From NCBI RefSeq assembly GCF_009914755.1, contig NC_060925.1: a DNA stretch of 64,000 nucleotides; one strand, written 5' to 3'. The translations under genes and the position numbers were made by a program. This document shows, one piece after another, positions 1-23,939 of this stretch. The notes below the pieces were generated by a model, which ran no database searches, was not told where the DNA came from, and worked only from the letters and a program-made list of their open reading frames with translations. Position 1 is the first letter of the stretch, and each line of letters begins with the position of its first letter. The stretch comes from the human T2T-CHM13v2.0 reference genome, Homo sapiens.

Positions 1-1231
1 TATATGTGTATATATAATATATAGCTCCCATATATATGTGTGTGTATATATAGAGAGAGCTTTATTTATTGTTTTTTCTTTTGCGGGGGTGCGGGGGGGA
101 CAGTCTAGCTAAAATATACATTCTTCTCTCTGTAGATATACCAGAAGAACATGACTCGATCAGTGTTGCCCTAATGTTAACAAAAGTTATTTTGAACTTA
201 AGGTGATCAGAAATTTTACCTATCTGTACTTTTTCTGTATTGGTGGTATGGTCTATGCTAAGCGTGTATAATTAAAAAAAAAGAGAGTAACTTCAAAATG
301 ATTTGGAAGAAAAAATATGTACATATGTGAATAGTACTTAATTCCAGGTGATGGGAATATGGATGACTGGTTATCTTCTTCTTTCTGTATCTTTTATATT
401 TTTAAATGGAAAAACTCAACGACCTGGAAGTGAAAGAACAGATTTGGAAGAGGTGTGGGGCAGGTGAGAGGAAAATGCAGAGTGAAACTCTGTCTCAAAA
501 AAAAAAAAAAAGTTACTTGTAATAAAACTCACCAATTTTAAATCTACGATGTAACCATCTAAGGAGGTTTGTAGAATTGTGCAGCCATCAGCAGAGTCAC
601 GTTTTAGAATATTTTTGTCATTTCCCCAAATACCCTAAAGCCTCTGCACAGTCATTTCCTAATCTCTGGTGCCCATGACTGGGCCCCAACAAAATAAAAA
701 TTTGGAAATCCGACATCATTAAATTTCAAATTTTCTTAGATTGGGATTTTTTGTAGTGAATCATTGTCTTACTTTTGTGACGTTTGAGGAAATATTGCAT
801 TTTAGGGACTTTTTTGATGAACTTAATAATAGTCCTGTTCATTGCTCTTCGTGAATTGTTTCATTTTTACTGATAACTGATAGTTGCTACAAAACCTGGT
901 CTGGCGAGCCTAAATGAATGAGCTAAAAAAAGAAAAAAATCTGCTATAAGAAATAGAGATAGATGATGAATTTGCACATAAGATTATGTGGAGTTAGTAT
1001 TGTACCATCTTTATTCTTTCAGAAATTTGGTTGGTAACATTACAGATACTCCTCACATGGTTGGAATGCCTCTCATTATCTTCTTCAGGTTGCAAGGGCT
1101 CCAGAATAGTGACATAAAGGTAAACGTGAGTGCAAGATTTTTGCTGTAGTTCTTTGCTTTTTAATTTTTTTCTCTTAGAGGGATTAGCATCCATGTATCT
1201 GAAATAATAAATCAAGAGTAGAGATAGGCAT

Positions 1232-2350
1232 TTGTACTAGTTTTCTATTGCTGCCTATTAACACATGCAACAAACTAGTGGATTGAAACCACAGAAGTCT
1301 GGAACAGAGGCTGGGTTCTCTGATAAGGGTTTTAGGAAGCTGAATCCAGGTGTGCCTGGCTATGTAATTATGTGGAGCTCAGGCTACTTCTCCAAGTTCA
1401 CTTCAGGTGTAGGAGGAATTCATTTTGTGGGAGTTGAAAGACTGGGTTTTCTTTTTCTGTGCTGGCTGTCCCAATAACAGCTCATGGAGTCCTTCTCAAG
1501 CTCCCATTCTTCCTGACGTTACCTTCTTCTGACAGCTAGAGAAACCACTGGCATGTATGCAGTGATGTGATTAGATCCAGTTTACACAGGTAACCTCACC
1601 ATCTTAAAGTCGTATAACTGGCTTATAACAACATAATCACCAGAATGATGTCTCAGCACCTTAACAGGCTTTAGAGACAAGGGTGTGGCATGTTTGGGGA
1701 CCATTTCAGAAATTCCATCTACCGCAGTTGGACACTCACATTCCCCCATCTGCAAAATACATTCACCCTCTCCCCTAAGGTTTCCAAATTTCATGTCATT
1801 AAAGCGTTAGTTCAAAGTGAAAAATGGTATGTAGACCACACCAGATCAAAAATTTAAAATCTTATCTTAATCATCCACACCAAGTATGAATGAGGCTTCT
1901 GAGGGTGTCCTTGACATAATTCCCTTCCCTCTATCAACCTGTGAAACTGAACAAACAGCTTATCTGCCCTCAGTGTGCAATGGTGGGACAGACATAGAAA
2001 AACGATTCTTTTTTTTTTTAATTTTTTTATTATACTTTAAGTTTTAGGGTACATGTGCACAATGTGCAGGTTAGCTACATATGTATACATGTGCCATGCT
2101 GGTGTGCTGCACCCATTAACTCATCATTTAGCGTTAGGTATATCTCCTAATGCTATCCCTCCCCCCTCCTAGAAAAACAATTCTAGTGATTCTTGTTCAC
2201 AAACGGGGAAAGTGGAAGTAACAAAGAAGTCACTGATCCAAAACCTTTTTGAAATGGGGCTGAGCAGAGTCCAGCAGGAATTGCGTGGTTAGGATCCACA
2301 ACCTGGAACTAACCTTCTGTGACATGGGGCTTTGCCTCTGGAGTCTGCAT
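1232..2350 (-). mobile_element. MaLR MLT1 LTR (1232-~1726) plus internal fragment
   Basis: TGTACTAGTTTTCTATTGCTGC...GGGGACCATTTCAGAAATTCCATCTACC resembles antisense MLT1; paralog at 35259-36300. Confidence 0.65.
2010..2169 (-). mobile_element. 5'-truncated L1PA 3' end (~160 bp)
   Basis: polyT-ATTATACTTTAAGTTTTAGGGTACATGTGCAC...; 15-bp TSD TAGAAAAAC(G/A)ATTCT (1995, 2170). Confidence 0.92.
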
Positions 2351-3249
2351 TTCTTTCTATCTTTATGGCAATCATTTTATTTTCCTTCCTCTCCTACTCC
2401 CTTGGTTCTTCCCCTTTCTCCTTATGGCAGCATCCTCCCCTTAATCCTTGGCACATCATCCCCAGCAGAATTGGTCAAATGTTGCCCACGTCACGGTCCT
2501 GACCATCTCCATGAGGGGTTGTCCTTGTGACCCCCTGCTCCCCTGGGACCCTCTTCACTGACCTGACCTCTCTGTCATGATTGCTTTCAGCTGACCTGGC
2601 TGGTTTAGGAGAAAACCTAGAATTGTGGAGACCCAGAACCAATCTCTGCCCTCTCTTATCTCCAAGAGAGGAAGAAAATAATAGGTATCACCATGGAGAA
2701 ATGACCCACATGAGGGCTGAGACTCTCCAGCAGTTAGAGCAGAGGAAACTCCCTGAAGAAGGGAGGAGCTGAGATCCCAGGCTGGGAGAGCAGGCTTGTG
2801 TTAAGCATTACTTAATCTTTATGTGCTCCCTGCCTGAATCTACCAGCCAGCGAATGACAACTGACTGAGTAGAAATACTAGGACTACAGAACCGTGATAA
2901 AAGGTTTGTCCAAGGAAAAGCCCTTTTACTTTATTTGTTTTCACAGTGGAAATTGCTGTTTTTGATCCAAAGTTTTCTGAAACGCAGCAGTGAGTTCCTG
3001 GTGGGTGAGTTAGGTGCTTTGGACCTGGAGGCTGAGGCCAAGGCTTGTGTGGTCGATCTGCTGCCACCATGTGGTGAGGGAGCCTGGGAGAGTCTTAGTC
3101 TTTCTTGGCTTCACTTTCCTCCTCAGTGAGGTAGGGGCTTATTGTTCCTCTCTGAGGTCCCTTCCTACTGTGTTTTCTCTGAGTCTCTGAGGAACTGAGA
3201 AGGTTTTTATTTATTTATTTTTTTCCTTCCCTTTCCCTCCTTCTTTCCT

Positions 3250-3700
3250 GTGCCCAGTTGCCAATCAAGCCACCCACCTTTCCATTTGCGGGGGAAGGGG
3301 GCGATACCCAACCCCCTCTATTACTAGGGGGTTGTTATGGTAACTCCCCACGCGAGGGCTGGGTGGCCTCTAGATAGGACGGGCTGTCCACCCACCCAAT
3401 TACTATGGCAACAGTGGAGCCGCTGAGGGAGGGGCCACTCCGTGAGAACTTGGCTGGAGAAACCACGTGGGAGTTGGGGGGCAGAGGAGGGGCACCGGCT
3501 GCCTCAGGAATGCCCTTTCCACCCTCACCTAGCAGGTTGGGGAAGCATCGAGGTGCTCTCAGATCTCAGGATAAGGAATCCTACCACAGACGTGTATCTC
3601 TGCACCTCTTTTAACGAAGTGTTCTGCACAAAGGAACTGTTTCCACAATTATTCATTGATCACTGGAGTCGCGCGTGGAGGAAGGGGTGGCGAAGGGGAA
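3250..3700. promoter_or_regulatory. Promoter/enhancer-like patch with two RFX X-box matches and CCAAT motifs
   Basis: GTTGTTATGGTAAC at 3331-3344; ATTACTATGGCAAC at 3399-3412; CCAAT at ~3261 and 3396; locally raised GC and CpG. Confidence 0.45.
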
Positions 3701-4177
3701 GAGAGGGAATCTGCGTTCAGTCCCTTAAAATATTGCTTGGGTTGCCTTAGATCTAGTCATGTTGGCATAGCGCCTACAGCCATTAGCCTCAGTGGAGGCT
3801 GGGTAATGCTATCTAAGAACCACGAGTCATGTTCTACCACTGAAATGCTGTGTGACCTTGAGCAAGTTGCTTTGCTTCTCTGAGGTTTTCTTTCACTGTG
3901 AAATTGAGGGGGGAGGCTGTATGATCCTCAAGAGCTCTTCTAGCACCAACACTGCCTCTGAAAGACTCCACCACCAGCCTTAATATAAACATCATTTAAG
4001 AGAGTTTAATTTAGAAGTCCTTGAAAAATAGCTGAACACATTCCTTTCTGGACCCTTTTTAGCATTTGGGTGCACAGCCAGTCGGCCCCCTTCCCTAACC
4101 CCTAGCCCATTTTCCTTGCCACTGCCCTTATTCAAGCCGCTATCCCCATTCATCTCCTATTTGGCCTTCCGGCCTGA

Positions 4178-5269
<1,092 letters not shown>

Positions 5270-6809
5270 TGAGATGGTTTTTAATGCCACCCAGGACCTG
5301 CAGCTGAGACCTGACTCTGTGTGTCTCCTGCAGGAGCCTGAGCTGAGTCCACACACTGGAAGCCCAGAACTGAGGGAACAGATAAAAGAAAGAAAGTCAG
5401 CAGGTTTAGGGGATGAGAACAACTCACAAAGGACAAGCCATTGGTAAATGAAAACCAAAGAAGGGGGGAATAAGGACAAGTTGGGATAGAAGCCTCAGGG
5501 GAAATGGGCAATGCCTGTCATCATCCAAACTCTCAAGGAGCAGTGCGAGCTGAGCAGTGGGGACTGAGAGAGAAATTTACTCCACAGGAGTCTCCTGCCC
5601 CTGGCCAGGGAGAGCCACAGGCTGGATGACATCTGGTTTATAGTGAGGGGCAGCAGCAACTCCAAGAGGGGGAAGATGTGACCATGAGCCCCGCCCCAGA
5701 CCCAGGAGGCTTGACCTTGGGGCTGCCGTAGCAGTGGATGCTCTTCAGGTCAGTGTGGGTTAGAGGGAATAACCATGCTGGGAGAAGGGTTGGAGACATC
5801 CATTCTTATGTTAAAAAGCTCTGCCCTAGGTCAGGTGCTAGAGTAAGTGTCCCTTGCTAGTATACAAAGCAGTGATACTTATAATATTCTTCTGTACTTA
5901 CAGTTGAAGGAGGTTTCCAAATGATAGCTCATAAATATTTATTGGTGTTTAATTTTCTTTACGCTGTGTTAAACACTTGGGATTCAGATATTAATGTCTC
6001 CCCAAAGGAACTCAAGCCCATGAGAGAAAGAACAGAAATATAGCTTTTTAAGAAAATATGAAAGTTCCCCCACATTGGGGTGCTGTGGCAACCCATAGAG
6101 TGGGAGTTTAGGTGAAGACATTGCTCCTAATGACAGGGGGAACCATAAGAGGACTTCTTCAGAACAGACTCATTTTCCTCCAATGTCCCACAGAGAGGGA
6201 TCCTGGGGCATGAATGGTGTAAGGCAAGGGCCAGTCTAAGGAAAGGGATTTGCTGCATCCTGGGAGAAATCTCAGCATCCCTGACAGGATATTTGGGACA
6301 GGAATGCAGGTGAGAGGAGGTTTGCAATCGCTTTTATTCAATAATTGATGAACACTCTCCTGAGAACTCCCTCAGTGCTAGACCCTGAGCTGGGAACCAT
6401 GAACACAGAGATTAGCAAGATATGATCTCAGCTTTGACAGAACTCTCAGTCTAGTGACCAGCGATTCCTGAGAAGTATGGTGATGGTGGGTTCACTGGAA
6501 CCAGTGGCCCATGCTGCATGGAGATGACCTCAGTGGATGGCCTGGTCTCTCTTCTGTTTTTTTCAAATAGCTGAATGACCTATCCTGGGCCCGTGACCCT
6601 GGACTTCAGCCAGATCAGCATCTCAAGGTACAACCAACATCTTGGCTCCATGATGGGTCAAAACAGTTAACACAGCCAAGGTATTCAAGGTATCAGTAGC
6701 TACTGACTATGTCCTGGCCAGCTGTGAAAAGAAAGGGGTGAATTTAACAAGTATTCTAAAATTGTCCTTGACATAGTAATCACAGATTATCTATCTTCTG
6801 TCTGGTAAT

Positions 6810-7225
<416 letters not shown>

Positions 7226-8605
7226 TAGAAGTTGTGTGTTTTATCCTCTAATTATAGATGAAATACCTAAGGTGGAAAGGAGTAAAGCAGCTTCCATGAA
7301 TGTAGTGAGAATGTAGGGGGGTTAGGGACTAAAGTCCTGCCTTAGGATTCCCCAGCAGTTGCCAGTCACAATTTTTGTACTCTTAGAAACAACAACAACA
7401 ACAAAAAAATGACAACCTGTTTTGTTCCTCTGCTTACCCTATCCAATTCTCTACACCATAACATCTCTGCTTATCAAGACAACTTGGATTCTCAATTTGT
7501 TGAGCTCAACAAATGCATCTCTTGAGCCCCTGTGGGTAAAGCATTATGCTAGTTACGGCGGGTGATACAGAGGAAGCACAGAAGGGTCCTTAGTGACAAG
7601 AGCTTAAGATTTCTGCTCTCAGCTCAGCCTGAGTTGCCTGCAGGTGAGAAAATCAGTAGCCGACAACCACAGGTGCATTCTGGTGAAAGGGTCGATGATA
7701 ATGAATAGTGGTTCTGACAGGGCTGGGCTCTTAACCTCCCAAAGATGCTGGTCAAACAGGATCTGGAGGATCTCTGCACATAGTGTCTGACTACTGACTG
7801 TCATAAGTGAATGTCACCAAGTCTTGGCCTGGATCCCCTCCCTTTGTTTCATTTCACAGATTACATGTTGACAGCAGGAAAATCAACAGAAAGACCATGA
7901 GGCTAGACTCCAAAAGACTTAGTAATGCTGCTGGGTGGGCCATGAATTTTTAAAAACACATGAAGGGCCTTCTCAGAAGTGAAGTTTTAGGAAATATAAA
8001 ATGCATAGCTGGGATACATTATAGTGTACTGATAGAACAAATATTGGATATAGCAGCATCTAATAACTTCTGGAGGAAAAAAATATTTTTCACATTACTC
8101 CAATTATGGCCTTATATGACAAAAAAGAAAAAAAAATCCCTAAGAGAACCACTAACATCCACTGGTTTTGTAGAAACAGGATACCCTTAGTGCACTTAAA
8201 GTTGGAAAAATGGCTCTGCCTTTAGGGCCATGCAATGAAACAGACTGTGTGGTAGTTGACACAGGAAGAGCAGAGCAGAGTTTATAACAATGGCCACAAG
8301 ACAGTTAAGAAAATGCTTTGGGGCTTTTAAGCAGCAGATAAGGTGACTCAGAGGAATGTTAGACAATCGCAGAAAAGCAACTTCAGCAAAGTTTTTGATT
8401 CAGTAGGCACTGCATACTTAGTCCATGCTCTGCATCTTTCTTTCACAGTCTGTCCCTTCATCGACTTGGGCCTACAATGACTTTTCTGGGAGGGGAGAGG
8501 GATCAACACAACAGCATGCACACACCTGAAATAAAGAATGAATTTCTGATTTTCAGATTTTAGTCTCTGACATAACCAAAGAAGTGACTACCATAGATGT
8601 TAACT

Positions 8606-8763
8606 TTTTTTTTTTATTATTATACTTTAAGTTTTAGGGTACATGTGCACAACGTGCAGGTTTGTTACATATGTATACCTGTGCCATGTTGGTGTGCTGC
8701 ACCCATTAACTCATCATTTAACATTAGGTATATTTCCTAATGCTATCCCTCCGCCACCCCCCC
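8606..8763 (-). mobile_element. 5'-truncated L1PA 3' end (~160 bp)
   Basis: Same L1 3' terminus; TSD AGATGTTAACT (8595, 8764). Confidence 0.92.
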
Positions 8764-11353
8764 AGATGTTAACTATTAATAACATAAATGATGCTCACAA
8801 ATATGCAGATCTTATAATAACGAGGTAAAATAGCTTAAAAAATAGATGGTAGAACTGTAGTCCAGGGACACTAATAGAAGTGACCCATAACATTACATCA
8901 TCTCCACTTCTAACAAAAATCAGGCAAAAGAAGGAAGGAGACTGGCAACCCAATGCACAGAACTATATATAACAGGCATACTAGTTATTGGTTGGTTATA
9001 AACCAGTGGGAATAAATCTTTTTTATATACTGACTCTTGGTTTATGTCACTGAGGCACAGCATGGAACAATAGAAAACCGGACTGTAAGATAAATTCATT
9101 TGAGTAACTGGACTTTTGTAAACCATTAGAGAGACGTTTGAGAAACCAAATTTAAAGCTGTTCATGAGCCATGTTAGCCTATCAAGGTTGAAATTCAGGA
9201 GAGATACATAACGAAAAATAAATGCTTTTTTTTTTTTTGTGACACTGTGATCTGATGCATTGGGAATGTGATCTTGTGAATCACTCAGGTGAGCAAGCCT
9301 GACATGAGTGGGCATAAAGGTCAGTAACTGAAGAGGTACCAAAATGTGCTACATGTGTCAATTGTGACCTAAAGAACTGAAGGCATTCACCCTCCCTTGA
9401 AGTAATGAAGCTGACACAGCAGGGGGCTGCAAATTCCACTGCAGATCAGGGTCTTGAAGCTGGCATACTGAAGAGTGGACTCCCACTTGAGATACAGAGT
9501 AGGAACTACTGTTTCCTACGGCTACTGAATATCCCACAAACTAACCTCCTCAGCATGCCATTATTAATTATTTTAAAGCTCTTAAAGGTCTCATTTTATA
9601 ATAGATCACATCAGAAGGAAGACTAATAAGGATCAGGTACAAACTCATACTTGCTGGACATATCATTGCATATCATCCCAAAGTTTTTGGCACTACATAA
9701 TGTTGGAATAGATTCTTGAATATTAAATTTTAAACTAAGGGAGAACATTGGCTTCTAAATTTTACAACTATAGTATTGCAGCTAAACACAAGTGCAGATG
9801 GGCAGCCTTATAACTGCATGAGTAATCTTAAGGAAAACTTATTGGTGAACATACAGAACATTTCACATGCATTTGTCTACAAAGGACAAACTCTTCCCAA
9901 CCTCAGAACTTGATATGCGTTAGGACATTCCTCTCCTTTGGGCTGGTGATAAAGCTCCAATTGAAATGAGAAAGATTCTTCATGCCTGGTAAATACGCAA
10001 GTTTCCAAAGATATTGCCACTGGCCGATCAAACCTGAATCCAAAAAGCATTTGTTTCTAGCAGGATATAAGATCAATATGCAAAAATAAATTGTGTTTAT
10101 GCAATTGCACGGCAGAATTTAAATGTAAAAGGAATACCATTTACAATAATGTCAAGTGTATAAAATCCATAAATGTGAATATGACTGAAAATTAGAGCAC
10201 ATTTCACGGAGAACATAGTGCAGGCCTAATAACTGGAAAGATATTGTTTGCTCATGTGTAAGAATATTGTTGAGATGTTCATTTCCCCTAATTTGATCTA
10301 TGAATTCAATGCAATCCGACTCAAAATTTCAGCATGCATCGTTGGTAGAAAATGGCAGCTGATTCTAAAATTAACATGAACTAGCATAACCAAAATGCCT
10401 GTATAACGAAGTGCAAAATTGGAGGGCTAGCTCCACCTGATTTAAAGAACAATCACAGAGTTGTAATGGCCACAACAGAGCTTTGGTATGTGATCAATTA
10501 AATGGATCAAAAGAAAATAGAGTCCAAATATAAATGAACACATATATTGAGAACAGATTTTTGACAATCTTGAAAAAGCAATGTATTTAAAAATGCATAA
10601 TATTTCAACAAACGATTGAAGATTTTCTTTTTAAGCAATGGATGTGACATATTTGTAACCATATAAAAATAAACAAGTAGAAAAAACTGAATTCATGTGT
10701 CATATCACATATTAAAATTAGTGGTTACAAGAGGATGGGAAGGAGATAGGGGAGAAGGAAGAAAAGATATTGGTTAATGCATATAAAATATAGTTAAATA
10801 GAAGGAATAAGTTCTAGTATTTGATAGTATATTAGGGAGACTATAACTCAAAATAACTTCTTGTATATTTTAAAATAACTAGAAGAGAGGAATTGGGATA
10901 TTCCTAACATAAAGAAAAGATAAAGTTTTGAGGTGACAGATATACTACTTACACTGATTCGATCATTATAAATTGTGTATGTTTATCAAAATATCATGTG
11001 TATCCCCAAAATGTGTGCAACAATTATACATCAATTAAAATAATGAAGAGTACATCTTAGACAAATTAACAATGATTCCAATCCCATCGAGTATCTTTTC
11101 TGACCACAACGGTATGAAACTAAAAATTAACTACATAAGGAAAACTGGAAAATTAAAAAATACATGGAAATTAAACAACTTGCCTTTGAACAACTGATTG
11201 ATCAAAGAACAAATCAAAAGGGAAATTTGAAAATATATTGAGGCCAACAAAAGTGAAAACAAACATAACAAAATCTTTGGAAACAGCAAAAACAGCTCTT
11301 AAGAGTCAAGTTTATAACCATAAATGCATACATTAAAAAATTAGAAAGACTTC

Positions 11354-11632
11354 GGCCGGGCGCGGTGGCTCACGCCTGTAATCCCAGCACTTTGGGAGGC
11401 CGAGGCGGGCGGATCACGAGGTCAGGAGATCGAGACCATCCTGGCTAACACGGTGAAACCCCGTCTCTACTAAAAATACAAAAAATTAGCCGGGCGAGGT
11501 GGCGGGCGCCTGTAGTCCCAGCTACTCGGGAGGCTGAGGCAGGAGAATGGCGTGAACCCCAGGGGGCGGAGCCTGCAGTGAGCCGAGATTGCGCCACTGC
11601 ACTCCAGCCTGGGCGACAGCGAGACTCCGTCT

Positions 11633-11672
<40 letters not shown>
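11354..11672 (+). mobile_element. Young AluY (AluYe-like)
   Basis: CpGs largely intact, ~39-nt pure A tail, TSD TTAGAAAGACTTC; variant sites GGGCGAGGTGG, GGAGCCTGCAG, GCGACAGCGAGAC. Confidence 0.9.
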
Positions 11673-11674
<2 letters not shown>

Positions 11675-11831
11675 AGAAAGACTTCAAATAAACATTACAC
11701 CTCAAGAAACCAGGAAAAAAACAACAAAATAAATCCAAAGTTCACTGAAAAAAGGAAACAAAAATCAATGCAGAAGTAAATCAACTGAAGAACAGAAATA
11801 CTACAGAAAAATAATAAAAGTGAGTTGTTGG

Positions 11832-11862
<31 letters not shown>

Positions 11863-12133
11863 TTTTCCTTTCTCTTTCTTTTTCTCTTTTTAGGAGAGAC
11901 AACGTCTTACTATTCTTTCCAGGCTGATTGGGAACTACTGGCCTCCAGTGGTGATGCAACGTAGGCCTCTCGCACCCGAGTTGTTTTTCTGGAAAAAGTA
12001 AAATTAACAAACACTTGGCTAAACTAACTAAGAAAAAAATAGAGAAGACTCAAATAAATAACATCCGAAATGAAAGTGGAGGCATTACAACAGAAGCCTC
12101 ACAAGTAAAAAGTATCATAAGAAACTATTATTA

Positions 12134-12648
<515 letters not shown>

Positions 12649-12681
12649 TCACAGCTCAACTCTTCCAAACATTCAAAAAAG

Positions 12682-12990
12682 AACCGGGCGCGGTGGCTCA
12701 CGCTTGTAATCCCAGCACTTCGGGAGTCCAAGGTGGGCAGATTACCTGAGGTCAGGAGTTGGAGACCACCCTGATCAACATAGTAAAACCCTGTCTCTAC
12801 TAAAAAAATACAAAAATTAACCGGGGGTGGCGGTGCCTCCGTGTAATCCCAGCTACTTGGGAGGCTGAGGCAGGAGAATCGCGTTGCAGTGAGCCGAGAT
12901 GGCGCCACTGCACTCCAGCCTGGGAGACGGAGCGAGAGTCTGTCTCAGGGAAAAAAAAAAAAAAAGAAAGAAAAAAAAGAAAACGAAAAC
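12682..12990 (+). mobile_element. AluS
   Basis: Alu consensus with a right-arm deletion; A tail. Confidence 0.88.
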
Positions 12991-13351
12991 CACTGCAAAT
13001 CATAATGCATTTTGTCCACTTTCTGAGAATGTGATTTCCTCTTCCTGTGGAAACAGCAATAATTTTTATGAGGGGGTGCTGCCCGGACCCCACTGGAGGA
13101 GTGGGTAAGATGAGGATTGTGCTCGGTGTTGCCTCCCTACAGAACCACACATACTGATCTGTAATACCTGTGGCCCCTAAGTGTCCGTGAAGGGACTGGT
13201 CCCTTTACAACATTGCGTATGGCTGCGGAAACCCACTATGTGGCAACAAGATGTATATGTGTGGGTTGGTGGTAAAACCATTATAGGCAACGGAAATTCA
13301 AAATGTTCCAGAACTCTTAAAAGTTCGCCTCATGTAGTATTTGGTTTCTTG

Positions 13352-13712
13352 CAGGGGGACCCAAGCCCCCGGGGCTGTGGTCAGCTACCTGTCCTGGGCC
13401 TGTTAGGCACCAGGCCGCACAGCAGGATATGAGTGGCCCGCAAGCGAGCATTCCAGCCTGAGCCCCGCCTCCTGTCAGATCAGCGGTGGCATTAGATTCT
13501 CATAGAAGCACAAACCCTATTGTGAACTGTGCATGAACGGGATCTAGGTTGCGCGCTCCCTACGAGAATCTAATTAATGCCTGATGATCTGAGGTGGAAC
13601 AGTTTCATTCCGAAATGATCCTTCCCTCTTTTCACGTCCCCCACCCCTGGTCCAAGGAAAAATTGTCTTCCACGAAACCAGTCCCCGAGGCAAAAAAGTT
13701 TGGAGACTGCTG
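13352..13712. mobile_element. MER1B-type hAT-Charlie DNA transposon
   Basis: CAGGGGGACCCAAGCCCC start, TTTGGAGACTGCTG end, internal CTCCTGTCAGATCAGCGGTGGCATTAGATTCTCATAG. Confidence 0.8.
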
Positions 13713-14157
13713 GTCTACAGTGTCCCAAAACCCTTTTCTATGGTTCCTTCCCAAAGCCTGGAGGCTCAAAGTCCTCCCCTGTTCTTATACTCCTGTGTGT
13801 GGAGAAAAATAGCATTTCCTATGCTCTGAAGGTTCTCCAGAACATTCTTTCTAGGCAGCAGGATGGAGATTAATAATAACAGAATATTTGGCATGGCCTT
13901 GTTAGCCAATCCAAAGCCCTCTGGGCTGAAGTGGGGGTTTTTCACTTCAGGGTCATCCAGCCTGGGTACCTTCCATCTCAGCATCCCCAGGCACAGACAG
14001 GAAGGTGACATCACCCCATTTACATGATGTCTGTCTTTGTGGCCTGGGCCACTGGGTGGCTTACCTCAGAGGCGGAGATGTCAGAGATGGGTGTTCTGGG
14101 CATGATTAACAAAGGGAAAACTGAGAGCGTTCCTACTGAAGCCCCTTCTCCTTTCAG

Positions 14158-20829
<6,672 letters not shown>

Positions 20830-21429
20830 AGAGACAGGGGGGACATGGAAGTGTACAGCTATATTTGTGGATTAGTCTAGCTATCTGTTCAGTATTTAAG
20901 GTTGTTGTTGCATAGATATTTATGACTTGAAATTTTGCATAGATATTTATGACTTTTGTCAGGGGAGGGGTTGGTGGATTGGTCCTTTCATCATTTTATA
21001 ACATCCCTTTCTCTCTCTGATTAGTTTCTTTGTTCTTTTTTCTATGGACATCTTTCTTTTAAGGCAGAACTGCTGGTCAGAGATTCCCTTAGCTTTTCTT
21101 AATCTGAAACTGTTTTGATCTACCCCTTAATTCCTGAAAGACTCAGCAAATAAATACAAGACATAAATAAGAACCAAATGGAAGTATTAGAAGTGAAAAA
21201 TGCAACTAAAATAAAAAGTCCAGCAGATAGGCTCAGCAGCAGAATGGATGGTGTGGAGCAAACAAATCCATATACTGCAGATGAGAAAACAGAAATTACA
21301 GAATCCTAACAGGGAGATGGGGTTTTGCCATGTTGACTAGGCTGGTCTCGAACTGTTGACCTCAGGTGATCCACCCACCTTGGCCTCCCAAAGTTCTGGG
21401 ATTACAGGCATGAGCCAAAGAGCCTGGCC

Positions 21430-22783
<1,354 letters not shown>

Positions 22784-22793
22784 TAATTATTAT

Positions 22794-23695
<902 letters not shown>

Positions 23696-23939
23696 CTAAA
23701 GTTATGCAAGCATTTGCCTTAGATAAAATTTCAAGTTTTCAAAGTTGTTAGCTGGGTGGACGGCATGGCTTTACTTCCTATTTCTTGGTATTTCCTAATC
23801 TTGTTGAAAAAGTTTTTCTTTTTCTCAAAGGCTTATTTCAGTGGAAGCCCATCTGCAAAATCTGTTATTAATTTAAATTAGAAAATCATTACAAGTCCCA
23901 CTGACATATGGGTTATTGTTTTTGCGAGTGACCTAAGGC

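Larger units (their letters stand above)
512..2352 (+). repeat. Diverged segmental duplicate of 33255-36305
   Basis: Colinear blocks (e.g. GAATTGTGCAGCCATCAGCAGAGT at ~574 and ~33316); paralogous ORF translations 1582-1794 and 35655-35897. Confidence 0.9.
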
